IMG/VR virus record: IMGVR_UViG_3300037212_000025
Span: 1 to 27,059 of that record
DNA length: 27,059 nucleotides
Reading direction: 5' to 3' (one strand)
DNA from: a virus
Lineage: Duplodnaviria > Caudoviricetes
A program made the translations under genes and the position numbers. The notes under the pieces are model-generated. The model saw nothing but the letters and a program-made list of their open reading frames with translations, made no database searches and was not told where the DNA came from. Position 1 is the first letter of the stretch; each line of letters starts with the position of its first letter. Shown here piece after piece: positions 16,392-24,924 of this stretch.

Positions 16392-18230
16392 TCAGCCCGC
16401 AGATGCCTGCGAGATGATGACGTTGGGCCCGATCATCGCCTTGACGACCAGGGCATTCATATCGCCGAACATCTGGACGTCGGCCTCAAAGAGGAAGACG
16501 CCATGAGCGTTCAGCGTGTCGGTGTTTCCAGCGGCGGCGCCCTCGAGCACCTGGTAGTTCTTGCAGCGCTGGTCGCCGATACCGGGCGTCTTCAGGGCTT
16601 CCAGGTACGAGACCATGTCGGTCATGAACGCGTCCGAGCGCTGTTGCGTTCCTGGCTTCTTGGCGTACTTGTTCGCCAGCGAAAAGATGATGTCCTGGAT
16701 TTCGTCGGCGAAGCTGCGGCGGTTGTCGGCCACGCGGTTCTGGTACTGAATCGGATCCGCCGCCGTCACGCCACTGTAGAACCACCAGCCGGCCGACGGG
16801 TCGCGAGTGAACCAGGCCACACCATTCGCCTTGAAGGCGATGAAGTCCGCCTCCTGTGGGGGGTTGGAGAGGAAGCACACCTCGACCGAGTCCACGGCCT
16901 GGAGTTGGCTGTTCTCGCCCGGGCCGACGCTGGTCTGGTACTCCGACTTGCCGGCGTTGAAAAGGTTCACCTTCATGGCCGCGCGCGCGCCGCAGGCACT
17001 GATGGTGATGTCCTTGGCCAGCTCGTCGCTCCACACCTGCTTGAAGGGACCGCAGATCCAGAAGCGATCCGCATCCGCATTCGACGCCGCGATGCTGTCC
17101 GCCGTCTTGAGGCCGGTGTAGAGCGCCTTCGCCGTGGTGGCGTCGGATGCCAGCACGCCGAGGGCAGGGGCCACGGTCACGCAGGCGACGCGTCCGCGAC
17201 CGCCGGTGCTGCTGGCGATGGCGTTCTGCCAAAGGTTGTTCCGCATCGTCTTCTGGGCGTTCGCAGCGGACATCGCCCAGTTGCGGGCGCTCCAGATCGC
17301 GATGATGCTCGACGTGTCCTGAGTGCCGGGAAGCGTCTTGTTGATGGCGGCCGGGTAGCAGGCCGCAATGCGGTTCGCGAGGGTGTCCGGGCTCGGGGCC
17401 GCGGCGCCGCCAGCGGCAGCGTAGGCGTCAGCCGCAGAACCGTTCGCGCCGATGGTCGAGACAGTGCCGCCGACGACGGAGACCACGCCCGGGATCGCGG
17501 TGTCGACCAGCGTGTCGATCAGGTTCGCGCCCGCGGTGGTCGCCGAGACGCCCTTCACGAAGAAGGCCGTGACGCCAACGAGCGAGCCAGTGGTCGAGTA
17601 GGTCAGCATGCCCGAGGCAGCGTCCTGGACGAAGTTGACGCCGCAGACCACCGCGCCGCCCACAATCGTCGTGCCGGCCGGGATGTGAACCTCCTGGCTG
17701 GTGGCGATGACCACGGTGGGGGTGGAATTGTCAGCGAAGCGCTGACCGGAAGGAATCACGATGTCCTTGTTGGTCACGCTCCCCGTGGTGTCGGACGCAT
17801 CGACCACGACGCTGAACTTGACGAACACCTTGGTCGTCGATGGCGTGGCCGAGACCATGTCGCAGTCGACGCGCTGGATAGCCAGCCCGGTGAAGGTCTT
17901 GCCCTTCAGCTCCGCCATGATGTTGCCGTCGAAGGCGACGCCCGAGCCGTCCTGAATTGGCGTCGAGGAATCGGCCGCGGCGTTCACGGTGTTCTGGCTC
18001 TGCAGAACGAACCGGCCCGGGACCGCGCTCTGGTAGTATGCCTTCAGGTCGCCTGGGCTGTTCATGATCTTGGTCACGAACGGGCCTTGCAGAGCTTCGC
18101 CGACGATCGCGGCTTGAGCAGAGCCGAGGCTCACCGGCTGATTCGGGCCAGCCAAGTCGACCGCCACGATCTGTTCGATCTGGGTGAGCTGGGCCAGTGT
18201 GGGCATGGACGTTGTGCGAAGAATGAACAT
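16392..18230 (-). CDS. Contractile tail sheath protein
   Basis: 612 aa. N-terminal AIVGEALQGPF and C-terminal KANGVAWF...WWFYSGVT...RRSFADEIQD...YLEALK are sheath-type motifs. It precedes a tube-sized gene. Confidence 0.88.
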   Translation of the reverse strand: MFILRTTSMPTLAQLTQIEQIVAVDLAGPNQPVSLGSAQAAIVGEALQGPFVTKIMNSPGDLKAYYQSAVPGRFVLQSQNTVNAAADSSTPIQDGSGVAFDGNIMAELKGKTFTGLAIQRVDCDMVSATPSTTKVFVKFSVVVDASDTTGSVTNKDIVIPSGQRFADNSTPTVVIATSQEVHIPAGTTIVGGAVVCGVNFVQDAASGMLTYSTTGSLVGVTAFFVKGVSATTAGANLIDTLVDTAIPGVVSVVGGTVSTIGANGSAADAYAAAGGAAAPSPDTLANRIAACYPAAINKTLPGTQDTSSIIAIWSARNWAMSAANAQKTMRNNLWQNAIASSTGGRGRVACVTVAPALGVLASDATTAKALYTGLKTADSIAASNADADRFWICGPFKQVWSDELAKDITISACGARAAMKVNLFNAGKSEYQTSVGPGENSQLQAVDSVEVCFLSNPPQEADFIAFKANGVAWFTRDPSAGWWFYSGVTAADPIQYQNRVADNRRSFADEIQDIIFSLANKYAKKPGTQQRSDAFMTDMVSYLEALKTPGIGDQRCKNYQVLEGAAAGNTDTLNAHGVFLFEADVQMFGDMNALVVKAMIGPNVIISQASAG

Positions 18231-18233
18231 CGG

Positions 18234-18941
18234 CTAGCTCCTATAGGGAGTGGGGATCTGGATTACGGATGAGCTAACGGGCGCGCCGTCAGCAGTCTGG
18301 GTGACACGTGTGATTGTCAGTGCCAGCGGCCACACGGCGCCGACCTGAACCTTCGGGGCCTGCATGGAGACGACGAACGTGGCCTCCCGCTGGTTGCGCA
18401 TGGCCGCGTCGTCGCTGTCGCTGTTCTGACCGCGGAGAAGCGAGGCTCGTGCCTTCAAGTCGTAATACTCGGGAAGGTCAAGCAGCAGGCCGTAGCGCTG
18501 GCCGTTCGGATCCATGGTGACGTTCGCGGTCTGGAATGCCTCTTCCACGGCGAGCTTTAGCATCGACCGCTTGGCTGGCGTCGTCGCCCGCAGGATGATC
18601 CCGAACTCGTCGAGCATCTCGGCCGTCTTGTACAGGCCGTAGGCCGGCGGCTCGGTGGATCCATCGACCGGCGTGGGGATGGGCAGCGGCTCGATGGTCT
18701 GCTCCATGAGCTTGGGCGTTCCACCGGTGTCGTCGTAGCGCCACTCAGGAGGCGGCAGCACGCAAGCGGCAGGGCAGTCGAACTTGTCGTCCGAGGTGGG
18801 CCACTCGTCGAAGACCTGCGCGAACTGGATGTGCTCGCCTTCGATCGTTCGATCGATGCTGAGCAGGAGGCGCTTGAGCGCCAGCGCGCAGGCGTCCCGG
18901 ACATCGCAGATGGCTGAATGACTATATTCCTGGCGCAGCAT
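18234..18941 (-). CDS. Putative tail terminator / tail completion protein
   Basis: Start reassigned to ATG 18941 behind AGGAGG. It sits just upstream of the sheath and has a VFDEWP...PAACV segment. Function is inferred from position. Confidence 0.55.
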   Translation of the reverse strand: MLRQEYSHSAICDVRDACALALKRLLLSIDRTIEGEHIQFAQVFDEWPTSDDKFDCPAACVLPPPEWRYDDTGGTPKLMEQTIEPLPIPTPVDGSTEPPAYGLYKTAEMLDEFGIILRATTPAKRSMLKLAVEEAFQTANVTMDPNGQRYGLLLDLPEYYDLKARASLLRGQNSDSDDAAMRNQREATFVVSMQAPKVQVGAVWPLALTITRVTQTADGAPVSSSVIQIPTPYRS

Positions 18942-19452
18942 GTGCCTCCTTGCCACCGGAGATGTGTAACCAGTTTTTTCTTCCGATGCGAGAGACGTGC
19001 GTTTGATCTATTCCGTATTCATCTGCAAGTACGCGCTGAAGCTCGCCAGAACGTTTCCGTCTGTAAATTTCACGAGCTTGTTCTTCGGTCAAAGCGCAAT
19101 TACCGTTGCTCTCACCCGGGCTTCCGGTGGCAACCTTCATTCCCTTGCGGACCATATCCTGCATGTTGTCCAGTTGCGTTCCGAGAAAGAGATGATCCGG
19201 CCTCACGCATGCGTGGTTGTCGCACTTGTGAAGCACCGACAGGGTTGGCCAAATTCCGTGCTCCAAGTACCAGGACACCCTGTGAGCGCAGTGCATGGCA
19301 TACGGTCGCCCTTCCAACTGCAAAGCAAATGCACCGTAGCCAGCTTTATTCGTACCAGCCGTCCACGTCCAGCATGGGCCAAGTTCTGGAGCATGCGCAG
19401 GGATCGACTCGCCCTTGTTCACCTTCGACCAGAAGCGTTCTGAAATCGGCAT
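18922..19452 (-). CDS. Free-standing HNH homing endonuclease with C-terminal HTH-like domain
   Basis: ERFWSKV...CWTW...GYG...AHRVSW...VLHKCDNHACVRPDHLFLGTQLDNMQDM..KG, then GESNGNCALTEEQAREI...LADEYGI. ATG 19452 overlaps the upstream TGA. The region is visibly more AT-rich than its neighbours. Confidence 0.93.
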   Translation of the reverse strand: MPISERFWSKVNKGESIPAHAPELGPCWTWTAGTNKAGYGAFALQLEGRPYAMHCAHRVSWYLEHGIWPTLSVLHKCDNHACVRPDHLFLGTQLDNMQDMVRKGMKVATGSPGESNGNCALTEEQAREIYRRKRSGELQRVLADEYGIDQTHVSRIGRKNWLHISGGKEAHAAPGI

Positions 19453-19988
19453 CAGGCCACATCCTCGTGGTTGGCGAAGGCGGCACGGCACGCCGTCTTG
19501 CATTCTTCGATGATGCGTTTGGAGGCGCGCTCGAACACGTGCCTAGCAGGCAGACCGCGACGCTTGATGGCTGCCGCGATGGCGAAGGCAATGCTGCGAG
19601 CGTTGGCCAGCTGAGCGTCCTTGCCGGTGACCCTGGCGCGCATGCCGGGGTTGCTGTTCCACCGCTGCATACCGTGGCGCTGGACCCAGCCGATGAGCGC
19701 CTGGATGTTGCTCCAGAAGCCAGGGCGCCGGCCGCGCTCGATCACTCTTGCGTAGGGGCTCGTCGAGAAAATGCGAACGCCGTCTGGGATGTCGACCACC
19801 TGCCACGATCGCAGGTACTCGCCGCGGTCCACCGGGATCTTCGGTGTGGCGTTGATCTCCTCCCGTACGATGACTCGGCCGCGCTGCTTGAGGGTGCGCC
19901 GCACGTGCTTCACGGCCGCCGCGTGGCGCTCCTTGGGCATCTTGCCGATGTAACCGGCGAGGTCACGAACGTGCACCCTGCGAATCAC
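19452..19988 (-). CDS. HK97 gp10-like neck / tail-completion protein
   Basis: PVDRGEYLRSW...PYARVIERGRRPG...LIGWVQRHG...IAFAIAAAIKRRGLPARHVFERA. GTG 19988 has a GGAGG RBS and GTGA overlap. Confidence 0.75.
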   Translation of the reverse strand: MIRRVHVRDLAGYIGKMPKERHAAAVKHVRRTLKQRGRVIVREEINATPKIPVDRGEYLRSWQVVDIPDGVRIFSTSPYARVIERGRRPGFWSNIQALIGWVQRHGMQRWNSNPGMRARVTGKDAQLANARSIAFAIAAAIKRRGLPARHVFERASKRIIEECKTACRAAFANHEDVA

Positions 19989-20578
19989 CGCGCCGCCTCC
20001 ACCACACCGTCGTAGGTGTACTCGCTGCGGGTGAGAGAAAGCCGCCACTCCATGCCGGTGCGGTTGAGCATCGGCACGCCCTGGGGAACGAACCGCCTGG
20101 GCTTGGGTGGGGGGACCGTCTGGCGGGCCTCGACGATCTCGTAGAAGAACTCGACGTTTCCGCGGCTGGTCTTCGGGTGAACAGTGTCGCGCAGGTCAGG
20201 CGTGCGACCGATGAGGTCGTCCTCGCTGAACCGCTGGCTGATCTGACTGACTCGCACGCCGCCCATCTCGGTCATTCCGACTGCGGCCAAGCTGAACGGC
20301 ATGCCGCTCATATCGGCCACCTTCGGGGTGGGCATAATCTCCCGGCGCGAAATCTCAACCGGCGCGCCGATGCCCTTGGTCTGCGGCCACTCCCAGTGCA
20401 CGAGAAAGACGCGGTACGGGCGCAGGCCGAGGCTCGTGCCAATCTGGCGAATGACGTCAATCGTGGGACCGAGACTTTCCCCGAGCGTCTTCTGGCCTGG
20501 GGCCAGAGGATGCAGCCTGCCCGATGCGGCCGTGGATTCGGCCGGGACATGGCTCGGAGTGGTCCGGTCCTGTTGCAT
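19985..20578 (-). CDS. Putative head closure / head-tail joining protein
   Basis: Start reassigned to ATG 20578 (TGATG overlap): MQQDRTT...LGLRPYRVFLVHWEW. It lies between the adaptor and gp10-like genes. Function is inferred from position. Confidence 0.55.
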   Translation of the reverse strand: MQQDRTTPSHVPAESTAASGRLHPLAPGQKTLGESLGPTIDVIRQIGTSLGLRPYRVFLVHWEWPQTKGIGAPVEISRREIMPTPKVADMSGMPFSLAAVGMTEMGGVRVSQISQRFSEDDLIGRTPDLRDTVHPKTSRGNVEFFYEIVEARQTVPPPKPRRFVPQGVPMLNRTGMEWRLSLTRSEYTYDGVVEAAR

Positions 20579-20967
20579 CAGGCCAAGTCCCCCGCGATGA
20601 AGTACGAAACCGTCGAGCCGTCCCCCGTCACCTTCACGGCAGTCAGCTCGTCTCCCAGCACAGGCAGATGGAGCACAACGATACCGCCGCCGCTCAGCGG
20701 GACAGCTTGCTCCGCACCCTTGGCACTGGTGAGCTTCAGCACAACGCCGTTGCCTGTGCACCTGGCGATGAGCACCCGCACCTTGCCAACGTTTCCGAGC
20801 TGCAGCGTGACCGGGACGCTCGTGGCGCCGACGATGTCCTGCTGGTTGTTGATCTGCGAGGCGTAGACCGCGGCAAAGCTGGTGTCCACTGGGCTGGCGC
20901 CGAACGAGTTCGTCCAGGCCGTGGCCGTCAGCACGCCGACGTGATTAATTGCGACAGGGATGCTCAT
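20578..20967 (-). CDS. Hypothetical beta-rich virion protein
   Basis: 129-aa ORF overlapping both neighbours (ATGA and TGATG); beta-strand-rich composition. Confidence 0.75.
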   Translation of the reverse strand: MSIPVAINHVGVLTATAWTNSFGASPVDTSFAAVYASQINNQQDIVGATSVPVTLQLGNVGKVRVLIARCTGNGVVLKLTSAKGAEQAVPLSGGGIVVLHLPVLGDELTAVKVTGDGSTVSYFIAGDLA

Positions 20968-21377
20968 CGGGAGATTCCGATCATTCCGACGTTGGTCATG
21001 CCCGACGACGGCATCGACTTGATCCGCTCGGAGTACGGATAGATGGTGACGCCGAGGGTATCGGCCAGCCTGGCGACCGCGCGCATGTACTCGCGTTCGA
21101 GCGCGTCAGCCTCGTCCTTGCGCAATTCAACACCGTCGACCTTGCTGGCCTGCATGCGGATAGAGCAGTCAGCCACTTCCTGGTCCTTCACATCGCATCG
21201 GTTGAGCAACATGCGGACCAGGTCTTCAGCTTGAGGCAAAAGGAGCTCGAACGTCCGCTGCAGCAAGGTCAGCATCGGAGTGTCGATCGGCACGCCGATA
21301 GACAGCGATGGGCTCATCCCGAGTTGCGGGTACCCAAGGTGGTATCGGATGCGGGTCTTTTCGGGCTCTGAGAGCAT
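20964..21377 (-). CDS. Putative head-tail adaptor
   Basis: MLSEPEKTRIRYHLGYP N-terminus and helical body; position two genes after the capsid. Confidence 0.65.
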   Translation of the reverse strand: MLSEPEKTRIRYHLGYPQLGMSPSLSIGVPIDTPMLTLLQRTFELLLPQAEDLVRMLLNRCDVKDQEVADCSIRMQASKVDGVELRKDEADALEREYMRAVARLADTLGVTIYPYSERIKSMPSSGMTNVGMIGISR

Positions 21378-21380
21378 TTG

Positions 21381-21821
21381 CTACTCGGTGACTGGCTCCG
21401 TGTGGACTTGCGCGAGGATCTCGCGGAACGCGTCTGGCATGTAGTGGTTCGCGCTCAGGACCTGCCCGGCCTTGAACCGGCACACCGCCGTGCCCATCAA
21501 GAACTCGGCGTCCTGCACTACGCGAACGCGCGGAGCAACGTCGGCCTTGACCGCCGGGATAGGATCCATCTCCGCAGGCACCGGAGGCGCCATAGGCTCT
21601 TTCGCCTTTGCCGTCTTGGCGGCAGCCGCGGCCTTCTCGGCAGCGAACTGCTCAGGCGTGACCTTGAGGTCGTCGACCGATGCCACGCCCTCCTCTTCCA
21701 CCGAAGCATCCGAGGACGCCGGCAAGTCGCTCGCCGCAGTTTCCGGCTGGGTTTCCGGCTGGGCCGCCGGCTTGGCCGCCGTCTTCTGTTGTTTGGTTGT
21801 TCTGTCGCTTAGGACGCTCAT
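21381..21821 (-). CDS. Hypothetical protein with Ala/Pro/Lys-rich disordered N-terminus and small C-terminal domain
   Basis: 146-aa ORF with AAAGGTAGG upstream; first gene after the capsid-downstream structured region. Confidence 0.75.
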   Translation of the reverse strand: MSVLSDRTTKQQKTAAKPAAQPETQPETAASDLPASSDASVEEEGVASVDDLKVTPEQFAAEKAAAAAKTAKAKEPMAPPVPAEMDPIPAVKADVAPRVRVVQDAEFLMGTAVCRFKAGQVLSANHYMPDAFREILAQVHTEPVTE

Positions 21822-21842
21822 CAGAGCCTACCTTTCGTCGGT

Positions 21843-22345
21843 CAAAAAGATGGCGGGACGTTCAACTCCAGCGCTGCCAGATACGTCGTTTAACCCACGA
21901 CGATGGGGACTGGAAAGGCGAGAGTTGGACGTCATGACCTAAGTCACCAACGGACGATTAACATCCGAGCCGTCAAATGAACGCGCAAGCGTTCGAATGC
22001 CACACAACAATCTGGACAAGGCCGAAGCCAGTCCAAACTCGCCATCTAAAAGCTGGCGTGGAGACCCACTGACCAAGCAGGCGCAACACGTATCAGCGAC
22101 CATCAGGCGCGTGCGGCGAACCTGCTCTTTCGTATGGGCAAGCACCGAAGTGCAACCACAGAGCAGGCGGGCCAGAACACAACGACACGAACGTCTGTGT
22201 TTACGGCTGTCATAGACAAGCCCAGGCCCATTGAATGCCCCGAAGGGCAATTTCCCACGAGGGGAAAACTTGGACGCAAGACAGCCGCCCGAGCTCTTCT
22301 CGGTCGTGTGACGGCTGTCTCGCGATTTGTTCATGGTGTTGCGAC
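21843..22345 (-). ncRNA. Candidate large structured RNA (~500 nt) of unknown family
   Basis: Fills a 528-nt gap in an otherwise tightly packed operon. Three C(UUCG)G hairpins (22236-22249, 22142-22153, 22020-22029), a 13-bp stem 22312-22324/22275-22287, an 8-bp stem 22160-22167/22121-22128, a 12-position stem 21922-21933/21857-21868 and several more. Boundaries are approximate. Confidence 0.7.
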
Positions 22346-22349
22346 GCGG

Positions 22350-23765
22350 TTATACGTGTTCGACAACAACACATCGCTTGAAGCGCGCGCTGTCACCGGT
22401 GGTGGCATCGGTGCGGGTCGGCCAGTCCATGATGGACCGCCAGATGCTCGTCACGATGTCGCCCTTCACGTTCACGGGCGCCCGGATGTAGACCTGCACG
22501 CGGTCCACGTTGATCTCGACGCCGTTGTTGGTGAGCTGCGCCGGCTGGAACTCGCCGACGACACCACACACGCCCGCCTCGGTCGTGAGACCGCTGAGGT
22601 CGTTGTAGTATTCGAACACCGCCTCGGCGCCGATGAAGATCGGGCGCTGGACTTCCAGGGTGCCCGAGCCGGAGCTGATGGTCTCGCCACCGAACATCTC
22701 GCCGCCCTCGCCGCCAACGTACGTGTTGGTGTTGCCGCCAATGACGGTGTTCTTCCGCGGGCACTGGACGTCGTTGAAGATGATGCCGCCGAGCACTTCG
22801 CCCAGCGTGAACTTCTTGAACCAGTAGTGGTCCGGGAGGGAGGTGAGGAGCTGGCGAAGCTCGGTGCTCGTGAACAGCTGCGCCTTCGAGTAGCTGTTCA
22901 TATGGACGTGGTAGTACCCGTCCGAGAACTTGGGAACGCTCATCTCCTCGAGACGACCGATCGCCTGGCGATAGAGGTCGAACGTGAACGCGTGCGTCGA
23001 GGTGCTCGTGAGAGCGTCGATGCTGGAGACGGCGGCGGGGCGAACGATGTTGCTGCAGTCGTCGGTCCACACGGGGTCGCGAGCGGTGATCGTCACCGAG
23101 TCGGCCGTGGTGATCGTGCCCGGTCCAACTTCGTCACCCGAGAACGTGGGCGTGTAGCCCGTCACCGTCGTGGTGTAGACGGTGCCACTGTGCAGGTAGT
23201 GGATCACGAGCGGGTTGTTGCTACTCACCGCCTGGAACTGCACCGGGCTGCCGGTGGACAGGTCGGGACGACGCGAAGTCGTGAAGCCGTTCAGGCGCGC
23301 GAGCGCCACAGTGGTGCTCGAGGCGTTCGCGGTCGCCACGGTATTTCCGCTCAGGCCGGCGTTGTACAGACGGTTGCGGACGGCGCGATCGAGCGTCTGG
23401 CCTGCGTTCTTTCCGAGAGCCGCGAGGTTCTCGTTCAGCAGGTTGACGATGGCCACGATCGACGTCGGCATGTGAGTGTCCGGGCATCGGTCGTAGTACT
23501 CGTGAAGCTGCATGCTCCACTGCTCCTTCTGGTAGTCCTTGGGAGCGGGCTCGTTCTTCGGGTTGCGCGGGTTCGGGCTCGGCGACATGAGGCCGGCTCC
23601 CGTGAACACGAAGTTGTCACCGGCGTTGCCCGGCTGATGCACGGGCGCCGCCTCGCCGCGGAACAGGTTGCGCGGCAGGAGGGGATCGCGGAATTGGCGA
23701 ACGAGCGAGTTGTCCTGAACCAGGGCTCGAATTGTGGGGTCTGCTTGAATGACTGAGAAATCCAT
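22350..23765 (-). CDS. Major capsid protein (HK97 fold, resembling the N4 gp56-like group)
   Basis: 471 aa after a scaffold-like gene, with GAGAGGA RBS. Contains QPGNAGDNFVF, LGKNAGQTLDRAVRN, LEEMSVPKFSDGYYHVHM and FKKFTLGEVLGGIIF. Confidence 0.88.
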   Translation of the reverse strand: MDFSVIQADPTIRALVQDNSLVRQFRDPLLPRNLFRGEAAPVHQPGNAGDNFVFTGAGLMSPSPNPRNPKNEPAPKDYQKEQWSMQLHEYYDRCPDTHMPTSIVAIVNLLNENLAALGKNAGQTLDRAVRNRLYNAGLSGNTVATANASSTTVALARLNGFTTSRRPDLSTGSPVQFQAVSSNNPLVIHYLHSGTVYTTTVTGYTPTFSGDEVGPGTITTADSVTITARDPVWTDDCSNIVRPAAVSSIDALTSTSTHAFTFDLYRQAIGRLEEMSVPKFSDGYYHVHMNSYSKAQLFTSTELRQLLTSLPDHYWFKKFTLGEVLGGIIFNDVQCPRKNTVIGGNTNTYVGGEGGEMFGGETISSGSGTLEVQRPIFIGAEAVFEYYNDLSGLTTEAGVCGVVGEFQPAQLTNNGVEINVDRVQVYIRAPVNVKGDIVTSIWRSIMDWPTRTDATTGDSARFKRCVVVEHV

Positions 23766-23823
23766 CTGTTTCCTCTCTCTCTATTGTCGTGGGGGTTCGA
23801 GTTCCTCGCCCGTGCCTGCTGCC

Positions 23824-24714
23824 TTAGCCCAATCCACCCGACGAGACGCTTCGGAATCCACGCTTGCGCTGGTGCAATGCGAACTCCTCTTCGCTCATCT
23901 TCATGGTGTCGACTTGAGCTGCTTCGCCAGCGGCCACTGATGTGGACGATGGCCTCGGGGGAACATGCGCACCCGGAATGGTGCCGCTGGTGCCAGTGGT
24001 CGCCGGCACAACCGTTTCCCCGAACAGGTACGAATCCGTTTGACGAAGCCCTTCGAAGAATTTTGCTTCGTCGACCTGGCCTAGCTCCTCGACTGACTTT
24101 CCCCTGTGCGCTTCCTCGAACAGGTAGATCGCCTGCCCGATTCGCTTGATGCCGCATCCCGCGGCGATGCGCTCCAGATTTGCCCTGGCTTCCGCTGCCT
24201 GCGCCCTGCGCTCGGCCTTCTTCCGTCGAGCAGACTCGGCGGCGCGCTCCTCTTGCGCTTGGCGGTTCTGCCGTTCGAGGTCCCGGATCCTCGCCTGCTG
24301 TCGATCCCAGGCCTTGCGGTCTTTGGAGTTCTTCGGCGGAATGACCTGGGGATCCTGGTTCGGCTCTTGCCTGTTCGGTTGGACGACGGTCTGTCGGTTC
24401 GCCGGACGGGCTTGGGGTTGCTGCTGCCTCGGGTGGCCTGCTCCACTGCGCAAGATTTCCATCATGGCGGCGTGGCTGGCGTAGCCGAGAGCCTGGGCGT
24501 CCTTATCGAGCTGCACCTCGTACTCCTTGCGTCCGGTGGCCTTCGCGCCCTGCAATCTCTCTCGAAATGCAGTTGCTGGGATCATTACGTTCTTTCCGCC
24601 TGATGCCTGGGCCGGGGGTGTGCTCGTGGGGACAAGTGGCTGCGACTGGGGAATGGGTTCTGCTGCTGGCTGCTGACTTGGGCTTGGAATTGGTGCGTTG
24701 ATTGCTGGTTCCAT
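23824..24714 (-). CDS. Capsid scaffolding protein
   Basis: Pro/Gln-rich N-terminus, central coiled coil and C-terminal MKMSEEEFALHQRKRG helix, directly upstream of the capsid. AAGGAG RBS. Confidence 0.8.
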   Translation of the reverse strand: MEPAINAPIPSPSQQPAAEPIPQSQPLVPTSTPPAQASGGKNVMIPATAFRERLQGAKATGRKEYEVQLDKDAQALGYASHAAMMEILRSGAGHPRQQQPQARPANRQTVVQPNRQEPNQDPQVIPPKNSKDRKAWDRQQARIRDLERQNRQAQEERAAESARRKKAERRAQAAEARANLERIAAGCGIKRIGQAIYLFEEAHRGKSVEELGQVDEAKFFEGLRQTDSYLFGETVVPATTGTSGTIPGAHVPPRPSSTSVAAGEAAQVDTMKMSEEEFALHQRKRGFRSVSSGGLG

Positions 24715-24876
24715 GACTCGCTCCTTGTGAGCTCTACTCGTCTTCGTCGCGGTCTTCCGGCTGTATCGTCGCCGTCGTCACGAGTGACGACTTCAACGGG
24801 CTGGAGTACGCAAGTTGCCGAGTCATTTGTAGCGCCACAGTGGCTTCCTCGGTACATCCGGGGCTGCATGTGGCGC
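24713..24876 (-). promoter_or_regulatory. Structured 5' leader of the scaffold gene occluding RBS and start codon
   Basis: Nested complementary pairs 24819-24826/24713-24720, 24811-24814/24724-24727 and 24804-24808/24735-24739, a hairpin at 24774-24791, and a stem 24869-24876/24832-24839. Confidence 0.6.
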
Positions 24877-24924
24877 GTACTATGAACATTGAACTGAGTG
24901 GCCTCCGTGGATCGCAGTCGCCGA

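Noticed and set aside
1412-18230. Tailocin or extracellular contractile injection system
   Set aside because: Capsid, scaffold and head-tail joining genes are in the same operon.
16317-18272. Long plus-strand ORFs (651 aa here; also 22134-23756, 7524-8906, 12888-13910)
   Set aside because: They are antisense shadows of high-GC minus-strand genes, with Arg/Gly/Val/His-rich nonsense composition and no motifs.
21795-21840. Hammerhead ribozyme suggested by CUGAUGAG at the start of the 21821 gene
   Set aside because: The required GAAA after stem II and the flanking stems are absent; the motif is simply the start codon context.
21939-22334. 131-aa minus-strand ORF in the capsid-downstream gap
   Set aside because: No RBS, an odd Cys/Arg/Ser-rich composition, and codons lacking the strong G/C third-position bias of neighbours. 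The dense hairpins are better explained by RNA structure, though translation is not formally excluded.
21843-22345. tmRNA, RNase P RNA, tRNA, or group I/II intron
   Set aside because: I found no tRNA-like ends, no GAGGAAAGUCC, no group I P7 core and no group II domain V, and the flanking genes look intact.
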